Assembly: GCA_963832105.1 (NCBI GenBank)
Contig: CAWHSS010000003.1
Location: 813,615-877,614 of the forward strand
From: an uncultured Chloroflexia bacterium
GTDB taxonomy: Bacteria > Chloroflexota > Limnocylindria > Limnocylindrales > CSP1-4
Reading direction: 5' to 3'
Length of the DNA stretch: 64,000 nucleotides
The position numbers and the translations under genes were made by a program. The first letter of the stretch is position 1. The number at the start of each line of letters is the position of its first letter. Positions 25,083-37,860 of the stretch are shown one piece after another. Under the pieces are notes generated by a model. It had not been told where the DNA came from. It was given only the letters and a program-made list of their open reading frames with translations, and searched no databases.

Positions 25083-25319
25083 ATGGATCTGATCGGAGCG
25101 GGCCTGGCGGCCCTCGGCGTCATCGGCCCCGGCATCGGGATCGGCATCCTGACCGGAATGACGAACGCCGCCATCGGTCGTAATCCTGATGCGGCCGGCC
25201 AGATGCGCCTGCAGTTCATCCTGGGCGCGGCGTTCGCCGAAGGCCTCGGCGTGCTCGCAGTCGTCGTCGGCCTGCTGGTCATCTTCGCCAATCCGTTCGT
25301 CGGCGTAGCGACGCCCTAG
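25083..25319 (+). CDS. atpE: ATP synthase F0 subunit c
   Basis: GPGIGIG...IGRNPDA...GAAFAEGLG (ion-binding Glu); ATG at 25083 after GGAGG. Confidence 0.95.
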   Translation: MDLIGAGLAALGVIGPGIGIGILTGMTNAAIGRNPDAAGQMRLQFILGAAFAEGLGVLAVVVGLLVIFANPFVGVATP

Positions 25320-25340
25320 GCGCAGGAGCAGACGATCGTC

Positions 25341-25925
25341 GTGGACATCCTGCTGTCGCTTGCTGCCGGTGCGGCCGACCTTGGCGTGCCCGCGCTGGCC
25401 GAGGAAGGCGGGGGCGCGGGTCTCCAGATCAACCTGTTCTGGATCATCGTCAGCTCGCTGAACTTCCTGCTGTTCCTGTTCCTGATCTCACGATTCGCCT
25501 TCAAGCCGATCAGTGAGCTGCTCGAATCGCGCCGGTCGCGGATCGAGCAGGGACTCAAGGACGCCGAGCAGGCGCGTCGCGACCGCGAGAGCGCCGAGAA
25601 GGAGCGCGTGGCCGCGCTGCAGGAAGCCCGCCGGGAGGCGAACGAGATCCTCGTTCGGGCCCAGAAGGTCTCCCAGGAGGCGCGTGACGCCGACATTGCC
25701 GCCACCAAGGCCGAGCTCGAGCGCATTCGGGAGCGGGCGGCAGCGGAGATCGAGTCGGAGAAGCAACGCGCCATCGCCGACCTCCGCAACGAGGTCGCGG
25801 ACCTGGCGCTGCGGGCCGCGAGCAAGGTTGTCGGCGAGAGCCTGAACACCGAACGCGAGCGCCGCCTCGTCGAGGAGTTCCTGACCGAGATCGACGCCGA
25901 ACCGACCGGCAGCTCGAGCGGCTGA
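25341..25925 (+). CDS. atpF: ATP synthase F0 subunit b
   Basis: FWIIVSSLNFLLFLFLI..FAFKPI..LL..RR.RI..GL, then coiled coil. Confidence 0.93.
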   Translation: MDILLSLAAGAADLGVPALAEEGGGAGLQINLFWIIVSSLNFLLFLFLISRFAFKPISELLESRRSRIEQGLKDAEQARRDRESAEKERVAALQEARREANEILVRAQKVSQEARDADIAATKAELERIRERAAAEIESEKQRAIADLRNEVADLALRAASKVVGESLNTERERRLVEEFLTEIDAEPTGSSSG

Positions 25926-26468
25926 TGGCCCGACGAGACAGCGCACCTCGGCGGTTCGCCGACGCGGCCTTCGAGATCGCGCTTCGCGACGGCAACGTCG
26001 AGACGTGGCGGAAGGAGCTCGACGGCGCGGCCGAGCTGGCCGCCAATCGAGGAGCTTCAACGCGTGCTCGCCAACCCCGCCATCCCGCTCGACGAGCGGA
26101 TCGACGTCGCTCGAAAGGTGTTCACCTCGCTCAGCAAGCCCGTGCTGAACCTCGTGCTGCTGCTGCTCAAGCGCGGCCGGATCGAGCAGCTGCCGCGCGT
26201 CGCCGCGGAATTCCGCCGGCTCGACGACAAGCGCAACAACATCGTCCACGCCACTGTCACGAGCGCCGCCCCTCTTCAAGCCGACGAGGTCAAGGCCATT
26301 GCGGCCCGCCTCGAGGAACTGACGGGGAGCAGCGTCGACCTCGAGACGTCGGTCGATCCGGACCTGCTCGGCGGCGTCGTCGTGCGTGTCGGCGACCGCC
26401 TCATCGACGGGAGCGTCCGGGGCCGCCTCGAACGGCTGCGGAACCAACTCGCCTCGGGCGCCCTGTAG
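25925..26468 (+). CDS. atpH: ATP synthase F1 subunit delta (frameshift near 26040)
   Basis: RRFADAAFE N-terminus; VDPDLLGGVVVRVGDRLIDGSVRGRLE C-terminus. Confidence 0.93.
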
Positions 26469-26480
26469 GAGACCCCACCA

Positions 26481-28016
<1,536 letters not shown>

Positions 28017-28051
28017 TCGGCGCCCGAACGGCCCGAGGCCGAGCCCCCTAG

Positions 28052-28903
28052 ATGGCGAGCCAGCGAGACATTCGCCGGCGGATCGGCGCTGTCAAGAACA
28101 TCAAGCAGATCACTCGGGCGATGCAGTTCGTGGCCGCGTCGAAGCTGAAGCGCGCCCAGGACGCGACCCTCGCCTCGCGCCCGTACAGCCAGAAGATCGA
28201 CGAGGTCCTGGCCGACCTCGCGGTCGTTCTCAGCGGCGAGGAGCACCCGCTACTGGCCAAGCGCGAGGGCGGCAAGCGGCTGATCGTGCTGATCACGACC
28301 GACCGGGGCCTCGCCGGGCCGCTCAACACGAACACGATCCGGTTCGCCGCCCAGGAGATCACCGGCAAGGCCGCGGATCTCGCCGTGGTCACGGTCGGCC
28401 GCAAGGGGCGCGACGCGATGCGCCGCGCCCGCGTGCCGCTCGAGGCCCATTTCGAGGGCTACGGCGACCGGCCGACGTTCGCCGACGTCCTGCCCCTCGC
28501 GCGGCTCATCACCGACGACTACATGGCCGACAAGTACTCGAGCGTCGACATCATCTACAGCCAGTTCGTCTCGACGCTCACCCAGCGGCCGGCCCTCGAC
28601 ACGCTCCTGCCGATCGAGCCGAGCGAGGACACGGAGGGAATCCCGGGCAACCAGTTCATCTTCGAACCGGATCCCGCGACGGTCCTCACCCAGCTGCTCC
28701 CCCGTTACGTCGCGACCCGCCTCTTCCAGGCCGTGCTCGAGAGCAAGGCCAGCGAGGAGTCGAGCCGGATGGTCGCGATGAAGAACGCGACCGAGAATGC
28801 CGACGAGCTCGTCGAGGACCTGACCCTGTCCTACAACAAGGTCCGCCAGGCGAACATCACCCGCGAGATGATCGAGATCGCGTCGGGCGCGCAAGCGCGC
28901 TAG
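28052..28903 (+). CDS. atpG: ATP synthase F1 subunit gamma
   Basis: IRRRIGAVKNIKQITRAM, DRGLAG, RMVAMKNATENA, RQANITREMIEI. Confidence 0.98.
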   Translation: MASQRDIRRRIGAVKNIKQITRAMQFVAASKLKRAQDATLASRPYSQKIDEVLADLAVVLSGEEHPLLAKREGGKRLIVLITTDRGLAGPLNTNTIRFAAQEITGKAADLAVVTVGRKGRDAMRRARVPLEAHFEGYGDRPTFADVLPLARLITDDYMADKYSSVDIIYSQFVSTLTQRPALDTLLPIEPSEDTEGIPGNQFIFEPDPATVLTQLLPRYVATRLFQAVLESKASEESSRMVAMKNATENADELVEDLTLSYNKVRQANITREMIEIASGAQAR

Positions 28904-30352
<1,449 letters not shown>

Positions 30353-30356
30353 GGTC

Positions 30357-30783
30357 ATGCCCCTTCAGCTGGAGATCGTGACGCCCGAGAGGCAGGCCTA
30401 CGCCGACACGGTCGACTCGGTCGTCCTGCCCGGGACCGAGGGCGAGCTCGGCGTGCTGCCCCATCACGCTCCGCTCGTGTCGACGCTGGGCATCGGCGAG
30501 CTGCGGATCCGGAAGGGCGGCGTCGAGGAATCGTTCGCGATCGTCGGCGGGTTCCTGCAGGTCCTGCCGGACAAGGTCGTCGTGATGGCCGAGACGGCCG
30601 ACATGGCGTCCGAGATCGATCTCGACAAGGCCCAGCAGGCGCGCGCCGAGGCCGAACGCGCGCTCGCAGGAGGGCTACCACGAGGGCGCCGACCTGTCGG
30701 CGGCGCGCGCCGCGCTCCAGCAGGCACTCCTTCGGATCCGGGTCGCCGAGCGCCGTCACCGCGAGGGTCGTCGTCCCCGCTGA
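30357..30783 (+). CDS. atpC: ATP synthase F1 subunit epsilon (frameshift near 30675)
   Basis: LQLEIVTPER...LPGTEGELGVLPHHAPL; the alternative frame ends with TGA at 30781-30783. Confidence 0.95.
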
Positions 30784-30795
30784 GGGTGGCACTCA

Positions 30796-32142
30796 TGGCT
30801 GACGCACGGCCGTTTCAATGGGAAGTCACCCCGGAGCCGGTCACCCGGGAAGTGTTCCGGATCGAGGGCGGCCGGCCGCTGCGCGGGACCGTTCCGATCA
30901 GCGGCTCGAAGAACGCCGCGCTCAAGCTGTTCGCCGCGGCGACGCTGACCGGCGAACGCTGCCGGTTCACGAACGTCCCGGAGATCGAGGACGTCCGCGT
31001 CATGGCCGAGACCCTGCGCGATCTCGGCGTCGTCGTCGACCATCCGACGGCCAACACCTACGAGGTCGCCTCGGGCGACGTCGAATGGCTGTTCGTGCCC
31101 CTCGAGGCCGCGGCCAAGATGCGGGCCAGCTTCATCCTCCTCGGCCCGCTCCTGGCGCGGTTCGGCCGGGTCATCATCAGCAACCCCGGCGGCGACCGGA
31201 TCGGGCGGCGGCCGGTCGATCTCCACGTCGACGCGATGCGCTCGCTCGGTGCGCAGATCGACTACCGCAACGGCTACTTCTTCGCGACCGCGCCGGGCCG
31301 GCTCCGCGGCACGGAGGTCCGGTTTCCGTTCGTGTCGGTCATGGGCACGGAGAACGCGATGCTCGCCGCGACCCTCGCCGACGGCGAGACGGTCATCAGG
31401 CCGGCCGCCCAGGAGCCCGAGATCGACGACCTCATCGCGTTCCTCCAGAAGATGGGCGCCGATGTCCAGCGGACCTACCCGGACACGATCGAGATCCACG
31501 GCAAGAAGCGCCTGCGCGGCGCCGAGCACCACGTCGATGCCGGACCGGATCGAGGCCGGTACGTTCGTGATTGCCGGAGCCGTCACGGGCGGCAGCATCA
31601 CGCTGACCGGCGCTCCCTGCGACCACCTCGGTGCGTTCATCGAGACCGTTGGTCGAGCCGGGGTCTCGCTCAACTGCGGCCGCGACACGATCGAGGTCGA
31701 CGGGAGCGCGATCCGTGGCGACGGCTTCCGCGCCGTCGACATCGAGACCGCTCCGTATCCGGGCCTGGCCACGGACCTCCAGCCGCCGACCTCGGTCCTG
31801 CTGACCCAGGCCCACGGCGTCTCGAACGTCCACGAGGCGATCTTCGAGGACCGACTGGAGTGGCTGTCGGAGCTCAACCGGATGGGCGCAAAGGCGCAGA
31901 TCCGGGACGGACAACACGCCACGATCGCGCGGCCCACGCCGCTCCACGGCGCCGAGGTCGAGATCGGCGACCTCCGGGCGGGGGCATCGCTCATCCTCGC
32001 CGCCCTCGCCGCCGAGGGCGCAACAACGATTCACGGCGCACACCACGTGCACCGGGGGTATGAGAACATCGAGCGCAAGTTCCTGGACCTCGGGGCCAGG
32101 ATTGAGCGCCTCGCAGAAGGGAACGATTCGACCAACTCATGA
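30796..32142 (+). CDS. murA: UDP-N-acetylglucosamine 1-carboxyvinyltransferase (frameshift near 31540)
   Basis: [65 protein letters not shown]. Confidence 0.95.
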
Positions 32143-33137
32143 AGATCGGCATCGACCTCGGCACCGCCAACGTCCTCGTCTACGTCAAGGGCAAGGGCGT
32201 CGTGATCACGGAACCGTCCGTCGTGGCGGTCTCCGACGACAACCGGATCGTGGCCGTCGGCGAAGAGGCCCGCGAGATGATCGGCCGGACGCCCGGCAAC
32301 ATCCAGGCCATCCGCCCGATGAAGGACGGCGTCATCGCCGACTACGTCATCACCGAGGCGATGCTCCGCTTCTTCATCGCCAAGGCGACGAAGGGCCGGA
32401 TCGGCTTCACCCGGCCGGAGGTGATGATCAGCGTTCCCGCCGGCGTGACGTCCGTCGAGAAGCGGGCCGTCCGCGACGCCGCGCTCAAGGCCGGCGCGAA
32501 GGAGGCCTACCTGATCGAGGAGCCGCTCGCGGCGGCGATCGGGGCCAACGTCCCGATCAGCGGACCGTCCGGGAACATGGTCATCGACATCGGCGGTGGA
32601 ACGAGCGAGATCGCGGTCATCGCCCTCGGCGGCATCGTCGTCTCCACGTCGCTGCGGGTCGGCGGCAACAAGTTCGACGAGAGCATCGCGACGTACATCC
32701 GCAAGAAGTACAACCTCATGATCGGCGAGCGGACGGCCGAGGAGGTCAAGATCCAGATCGGGACGGCGCTCCCGCTCGAGCGCGAGCTGACGATGGAGGT
32801 CCGGGGCCGCGACCTGATCGCCGGCCTGCCGCGCACGATCCCGATCACGAGCTCCGAGGTGATGGAGGCGATCGAGGCGCCGCTCCAGCAGCTCGTCGCA
32901 GCGGTACGCCTGGTCCTCGAGCAGACGCCGCCCGAGCTCAGCTCCGACATCATCGACAAGGGCATGGTGATGTCCGGCGGCGGCTCGCTCCTGCGGAACA
33001 TCGACAAGCTGCTCACCCAGGTGACGGGCGTCCCGTGCCACGTGGCCGAGAACTCGCTCAATTGCGTCGCCATCGGTACGGGACTCGCGCTCGAGCACTT
33101 CGACTTCTTCAAGAAGTCTCTCGTCTCGCAGGTTTAG
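32139..33137 (+). CDS. mreB: Rod shape-determining actin homolog MreB/Mbl
   Basis: [50 protein letters not shown]. Confidence 0.97.
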   Translation: MKIGIDLGTANVLVYVKGKGVVITEPSVVAVSDDNRIVAVGEEAREMIGRTPGNIQAIRPMKDGVIADYVITEAMLRFFIAKATKGRIGFTRPEVMISVPAGVTSVEKRAVRDAALKAGAKEAYLIEEPLAAAIGANVPISGPSGNMVIDIGGGTSEIAVIALGGIVVSTSLRVGGNKFDESIATYIRKKYNLMIGERTAEEVKIQIGTALPLERELTMEVRGRDLIAGLPRTIPITSSEVMEAIEAPLQQLVAAVRLVLEQTPPELSSDIIDKGMVMSGGGSLLRNIDKLLTQVTGVPCHVAENSLNCVAIGTGLALEHFDFFKKSLVSQV

Positions 33138-33155
33138 GGCTGGGACCCTCCCCAG

Positions 33156-33869
33156 ATGGCCGGCCCTCGCCCTAACCGTGCATTCGTCGACCTTCACGTG
33201 CATACGTCGGCCTCGTTCGACTCGATCGCCTCGCCCGAGTCCGTCGTCCGGGCCGCGTCGATGCGCGGGCTGACCCACGTCGCCATCACCGATCACGACC
33301 GGATCGACGGCGCCCTGGCCGCCCGCGAGATCGCCCGGACAGCGGCTCCGGAGTTGACGGTCATCGTCGGCCAGGAAGTGCGGACCCGCGACGGCGACCT
33401 GATCGGCGCCTTCCTCGAGGAGGACGTTCCGAGCGACCTGCCCCCGGCCGAGGCGATCGCCGAAATTCGCGCCCAGGGCGGCCTCGTGGGGATTGCCCAT
33501 CCGTTCGACCGCTTCCGGGGCTCGCTCCTCGACGACGAGGTGCTCGAGTCCGTCGCGCCGCTCGTCGATTGGGTCGAGTCGCACAATGCTCGGATCATGG
33601 TCGGCAAAGGCAATGAGCACGCCGCGACATTCGCCCTCGCCCACGACCTGCCGGGCGTGGCCGTCTCCGACGCCCACTCGGCGATGGAGATCGGCGTTGC
33701 CTACGTGGCCCTCGAGGGCGATCCGTCATCGGCAGCGGGACTGCTGGCGGCGCTCCGCACAGCCGAGCTCGTCTCGGGGCGGGCGACCTACTTCGTCCGC
33801 GCTCTCACGCCAATCGCGAAGCTGATCCAGGCCGCGCGCGGCAACGGCCGCCAGCTGAGCGCCCGATGA
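33156..33869 (+). CDS. PHP-domain metal-dependent phosphoesterase
   Basis: DLHVHT, AITDHD, GQEV, AHPFD, E.HNAR, SDAH. Confidence 0.9.
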   Translation: MAGPRPNRAFVDLHVHTSASFDSIASPESVVRAASMRGLTHVAITDHDRIDGALAAREIARTAAPELTVIVGQEVRTRDGDLIGAFLEEDVPSDLPPAEAIAEIRAQGGLVGIAHPFDRFRGSLLDDEVLESVAPLVDWVESHNARIMVGKGNEHAATFALAHDLPGVAVSDAHSAMEIGVAYVALEGDPSSAAGLLAALRTAELVSGRATYFVRALTPIAKLIQAARGNGRQLSAR

Positions 33870-35113
33870 GCGAGCGTCCGCCAGCCGATCCGGCATCGAC
33901 GCCGCCCGAGGGCTCCCCGGTCGAAGATTCCGGTGTCCCCGCCGACGAGCGTCGGTCCGGATTCGACCGCCGCCGTGGCCAGCGCCGTCGCGACCGGCGA
34001 GGCGTCCGTGCGCCGGATCGGCGATCGGGCGCCGATCGGCGCCTCACGGAGGAGCGTCGCAGCGACGATCGGGTCAGCGCCGACTCGCTGTCGCTCGGCC
34101 GCCGGCTGCGCCAACCGAAGACGATCATCTCGCTGATCCTGCCGATCATCCTGCTGTTCTTCTTCGCCAGGGCCCTCCCCGGCTTCAAGCTCGACGCGGT
34201 CCCCGGCCTCATCCTCGAGGCGAATCCGCTGCTGCTCCTCGCGGCCTTCGCCGTGTTCTATCTCGGGTTCCCGCTGCGTGGGCTGCGCTGGGCACTGCTC
34301 ATTCGCGGCACTGGCTACCCGCTCCGCCTCCGCGATGCCACCGAGATCATCTTCATCTCGTGGCTCGTGAACTGCCTCGTTCCGGCGAAGCTCGGCGATC
34401 TCTACCGGGCGTACCTCCTGAAGATCAACAGCACGGTCTCGCTGAGCCGGACGTTCGGGACGGTGTTCATCGAGCGGGTGCTCGACCTCTTCGCGATCGT
34501 CGTATTGGGCCTGGCCTCCGGCTACTGGAGTTTCCGCGGGAAGTTGCCGGACCAGGTCCAGCTGGTGTTCCTGATCGGCGTCATCGTCGTCATCGTCCTT
34601 GCCGCCGGGCTCCTGTCGATGCGGAACTTCGGACGGCGCGTCATCCTCGCCCTGCCGCTGCCGCAAAAGATCATCGAGTTCTACGACCGGTTCGAGGAGG
34701 GGGTCTTCTCGGCCGTCGGGATGCGGGCGCTGCCTCGCCTGATTCTCCTGACCGGGCTCGTCTGGACGACCGAGGCGATGCGCCTCTTCCTCGTGGTCGA
34801 GGCGCTCGGCTTCCCCGACGTCCATCTCGGCATCAGCGGCGCCTTCTTCGTGGCGCTGACGGGATCGCTGCTTACCGCCGTGCCGTTCACGCCGGCGGGG
34901 ATCGGCGTCGTCGAGGCCGGGGTCGTTTTCGTGCTCACGGCTGTCTACGGGATCCCGCCGACGGAGGCGATCGCGATCACCCTCGTCGACCGGGTGATCA
35001 GCGTCCTCTCGATCATGCTGTTCGGCTCGATCGCCTATTGGGTCTCCGGCAAGCGACGCGGTGAAGGACTCGAGGGTCCGGGGCACAGCCCGGAGCCAGA
35101 ACCCGCCGGCTGA
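33866..35113 (+). CDS. Lysylphosphatidylglycerol-synthase TM / UPF0104 flippase-like protein with Arg-rich N-terminus
   Basis: LRGLRW..L, N.LVPAKLGDLYRAY, ERVLDL, TP.G.GVVEAG, DRVI; translationally coupled to the PHP gene by an ATGA overlap. Confidence 0.85.
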   Translation: MSERPPADPASTPPEGSPVEDSGVPADERRSGFDRRRGQRRRDRRGVRAPDRRSGADRRLTEERRSDDRVSADSLSLGRRLRQPKTIISLILPIILLFFFARALPGFKLDAVPGLILEANPLLLLAAFAVFYLGFPLRGLRWALLIRGTGYPLRLRDATEIIFISWLVNCLVPAKLGDLYRAYLLKINSTVSLSRTFGTVFIERVLDLFAIVVLGLASGYWSFRGKLPDQVQLVFLIGVIVVIVLAAGLLSMRNFGRRVILALPLPQKIIEFYDRFEEGVFSAVGMRALPRLILLTGLVWTTEAMRLFLVVEALGFPDVHLGISGAFFVALTGSLLTAVPFTPAGIGVVEAGVVFVLTAVYGIPPTEAIAITLVDRVISVLSIMLFGSIAYWVSGKRRGEGLEGPGHSPEPEPAG

Positions 35114-35517
35114 CGACCCCTGCAAGTCAGGCTGCAAGCTACGTTGTGTAGAGTTACGCCCGTACCGCACTGACCCACCTGCCCGCCCCCGGGAATGGCG
35201 TGACGAGCGAGTCGGTGGTGATGACGGACGGCCCCGCGGCCGACCCAGGAGGGCCCGCGGCCGACCCGACCTACGGTCAGCGTCGCCGCCTCAGTAGTCG
35301 AGTCTTCCTGCGTGGTCCTTCAGCATTCTTGGTTCGCCGCTCCCAACTCTCTCTCGCCTGCACCGTGGCAGACCGCACCGGAGCCGACCGATCCCTCGGC
35401 TCGCAGCGGCACCGCGGGGGTACGAACGGGTGATACAGCCCGGGTATGCCCAGACGGGATAGTGCGGTGAGCGCGGCATACCCCGCGCGCGCGACGCACG
35501 GAGCGCCGAACCACACA

Positions 35518-36042
35518 ATGACCAGCCAGAACGGCCGCGCATTCAACGAATGGCTTCGAGCTCAGCTCAAGGCCAAGAAGATGTCGCAGCGGCAACTCGC
35601 CCAGCAGTCCGGTGTCGATCACTCGACGATCTCCCGGTTGATCCGGGGCGACCGCATGCCCTCGCTCGGCACGGCGACCAAGCTCGCCCGTGGTCTGCGC
35701 GAGCTGCGCGAGGATGCCGACACCGCGCAGTACCTGGGCCTCGTGACCGCAGGCGCGATGAACCCGACGGCCCGCGTCGAGTACGCCCTCCGAGCGGACG
35801 AGATGCTCAGCGAGCCGCAGGTGCGCCAGATCATGGAGTACTACCTGGCCGTCCGGATGCGCCGCTTCGGTCGCGCCTTCCAGCCAACCGAGACTTCCTC
35901 GAATCGGCCGCCAGAGCGACCTGTCGCTCGATCGCAGCCCTCGATCGGCGGACCCGTCGTCGCCGGCGTCGGACAGACGACCTCCGGTCTCTCCGGCTCC
36001 CGACCCGTCGGCCGGCCCATGGGCCGCCAGGGTCGTCCGTAA
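35518..36042 (+). CDS. XRE-family helix-turn-helix transcriptional regulator
   Basis: WLRAQLKAKKMSQRQLAQQSGVDHSTISRLIRGDRMPSLGT. Confidence 0.85.
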   Translation: MTSQNGRAFNEWLRAQLKAKKMSQRQLAQQSGVDHSTISRLIRGDRMPSLGTATKLARGLRELREDADTAQYLGLVTAGAMNPTARVEYALRADEMLSEPQVRQIMEYYLAVRMRRFGRAFQPTETSSNRPPERPVARSQPSIGGPVVAGVGQTTSGLSGSRPVGRPMGRQGRP

Positions 36043-36110
36043 GGGCCCACTACCGACTACACCTCAGGGCTCGACCCGGATCGCCCTCCACGTCCGGGTC
36101 TCGGGGACAG

Positions 36111-36150
36111 CGAAGGCCGGCGTCTGGGGCGCCGGCCTTCGTCTTGTTGC
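36111..36150 (+). terminator. Intrinsic terminator after the XRE gene
   Basis: 12-bp stem CGAAGGCCGGCG/CGCCGGCCTTCG followed by TCTTGTTGCTT. Confidence 0.75.
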
Positions 36151-36191
36151 TTGCTTGCAGTTGACGGCTGTCGCGCCTGGACGACGATGGG

Positions 36192-36291
36192 CTGCGTTGG
36201 AGCCTGCGCTCCTCGCTCACGCGCCTTGAAGTGCGCTCGCTCCGGTGCTCGGCTCCGCCTTGCCCGCGCCGCCCCTGCGCGACGAACGCAG
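36192..36291. repeat. About 100-bp nested-palindromic (REP/MITE-like) intergenic element
   Basis: Ends CTGCGTT...AACGCAG (inverted); internal GAGCC/GGCTC and GCGC/GTGC arms; lies between convergent genes. Only one copy in the window. Confidence 0.4.
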
Positions 36292-36298
36292 TAACGTC

Positions 36299-37853
36299 TT
36301 AGGGCGCGAGGTAAACCGACACCCAGCGGCCTGGGGCGGCTTCGAATCGGTCCACCAGTTCGATCTTGCCCACCAGGGCGTCCTCGGCTGGGCCACCACA
36401 GGCTGCACCGATCGCGGTTTCGAACAGGGAATCGCATAGGACGACTCGGGTTGCGGGCTGCGTGGCCGGCTCGGCGGTCCCTGGGAGCACATCGGCCCCG
36501 GCCGCGACTAGCGGGAAGCGCATCGCGTCGGCCGACTTGAAGTTGGGCAGGCTGGCTAGGGAGATCGGTGAGGGAGCGATCGACATGACGCGGGCGGCCG
36601 CTGCGCGCGCGGCCGGCCAGCCGCCGTCGGCGACGACAGCCGGGGGCTGACGCGACAGGTTGAAGACGACGAGCACCGCCACGAGTCCGGCCGCAACGGC
36701 GGTTCCCACGGGAATTGAGACCTTCGCCGGCCGCCAGCGCGCCAGCGCCGCGGCGCCGAGGCCCACGGCGGCGAACACGATCGGGTCGGCGAAGGCGTGG
36801 TAGTGGTCGTTCGGCAGGCCAGGAATGACGGTGGCGAGGCCGCTCGCGGCGACGGTCAGGGCGAGGATCGACCAGGCCAGCGTCGCCGCGAACCATCGGG
36901 CCGCCGTCCGCTCGGGCCCGACCGCGGCAAACGCGCGCCAGGCCAGGAGTCCGACCACGAGGGTCGCCGCGAGAAGCGCGGCGATGGGGGCGTCCGTCAC
37001 GAGTCCCGTGAGCGGCCACGCGAGCACCCGCAGCGCCACTACCAGGAGTCGGAAGGGTAGCGCCATCGCCGAGGGCTCCCCGCCGCCCGTCGATGAAGTC
37101 CAGCGCCGCTCGAACCTCGGAGAAGTCGTTGCCGAGCTCGTGAACCGCCAGCGGAACGTAGCTGAGGGCCAGCAGTGCCAACGCCACCAGCCCTGCCCGG
37201 ATCCGAGCCGATCGTTCGGGCCCTGGGAACCGCCTCCGCACGTCTGCGATCCACAGGGCGGCGACCGGAGGAAGGAGAACGCTGCCGAGCACGTGGCAGT
37301 GCATCGTGACGATGACGCCGACACCGGCCACGATCCACCAGGCGGCTCGGCCACCCGTCCACGCCCGCCACGCTGCTGCGAGAGCGATCGAGCTCGAGAG
37401 CGCGATGAGGTTCGGGTTCCAGATGAACGTCGACTCGTCGACAGCGCTCGCGGATACGGCCATGAGGAGTCCCGCAACCGCGCCGGCGACGGGCCCGCCG
37501 ATCGCCCGGGCGAGCCACCACGTGACCCCGACGGCGGCGACGCCCGCGAGCGCGATCGCCCCGACCACGCCGAGTGGATCCGCGCCGGTCAGCGCGGCCG
37601 CGGGCGCCAGAAGGTAGTAGTAGAGGACGCCGTGGTGAAAGTCGCCGATCGACGTCGGTGGGCCGAGAAGCGGCAGCTCGCCCCCGGTGACGAGCGCCCG
37701 CAGAACGAGCATGTCGTGGCCCTGGTCCGCGTCCCACGTCCCGCGAGTCGCCAGGTCGACGAACCGAAGCGCCGCGGCCAGCAGCAACAGGCCCGCGAGG
37801 ACGAGCCAGTCGAGGTTCCGCTCGGAGATCGATCCGCGAAGGCGAGCGAGCAC
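36299..37853 (-). CDS. ArnT/GT83-GT39-like (GT-C) membrane glycosyltransferase (frameshift near 37075)
   Basis: TWDADQGHD, LLGPPTS.G..HHG..YYYLLAP, STFIWNPN, many TM segments, soluble C-terminal domain. Confidence 0.8.
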
Positions 37854-37860
37854 CGCGGGC

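Noticed and set aside
25083-25319. Na+-translocating ATP synthase
   Set aside because: The c-subunit reads FAEGL, without the Q...ES/T Na+ signature; consistent with H+ coupling.
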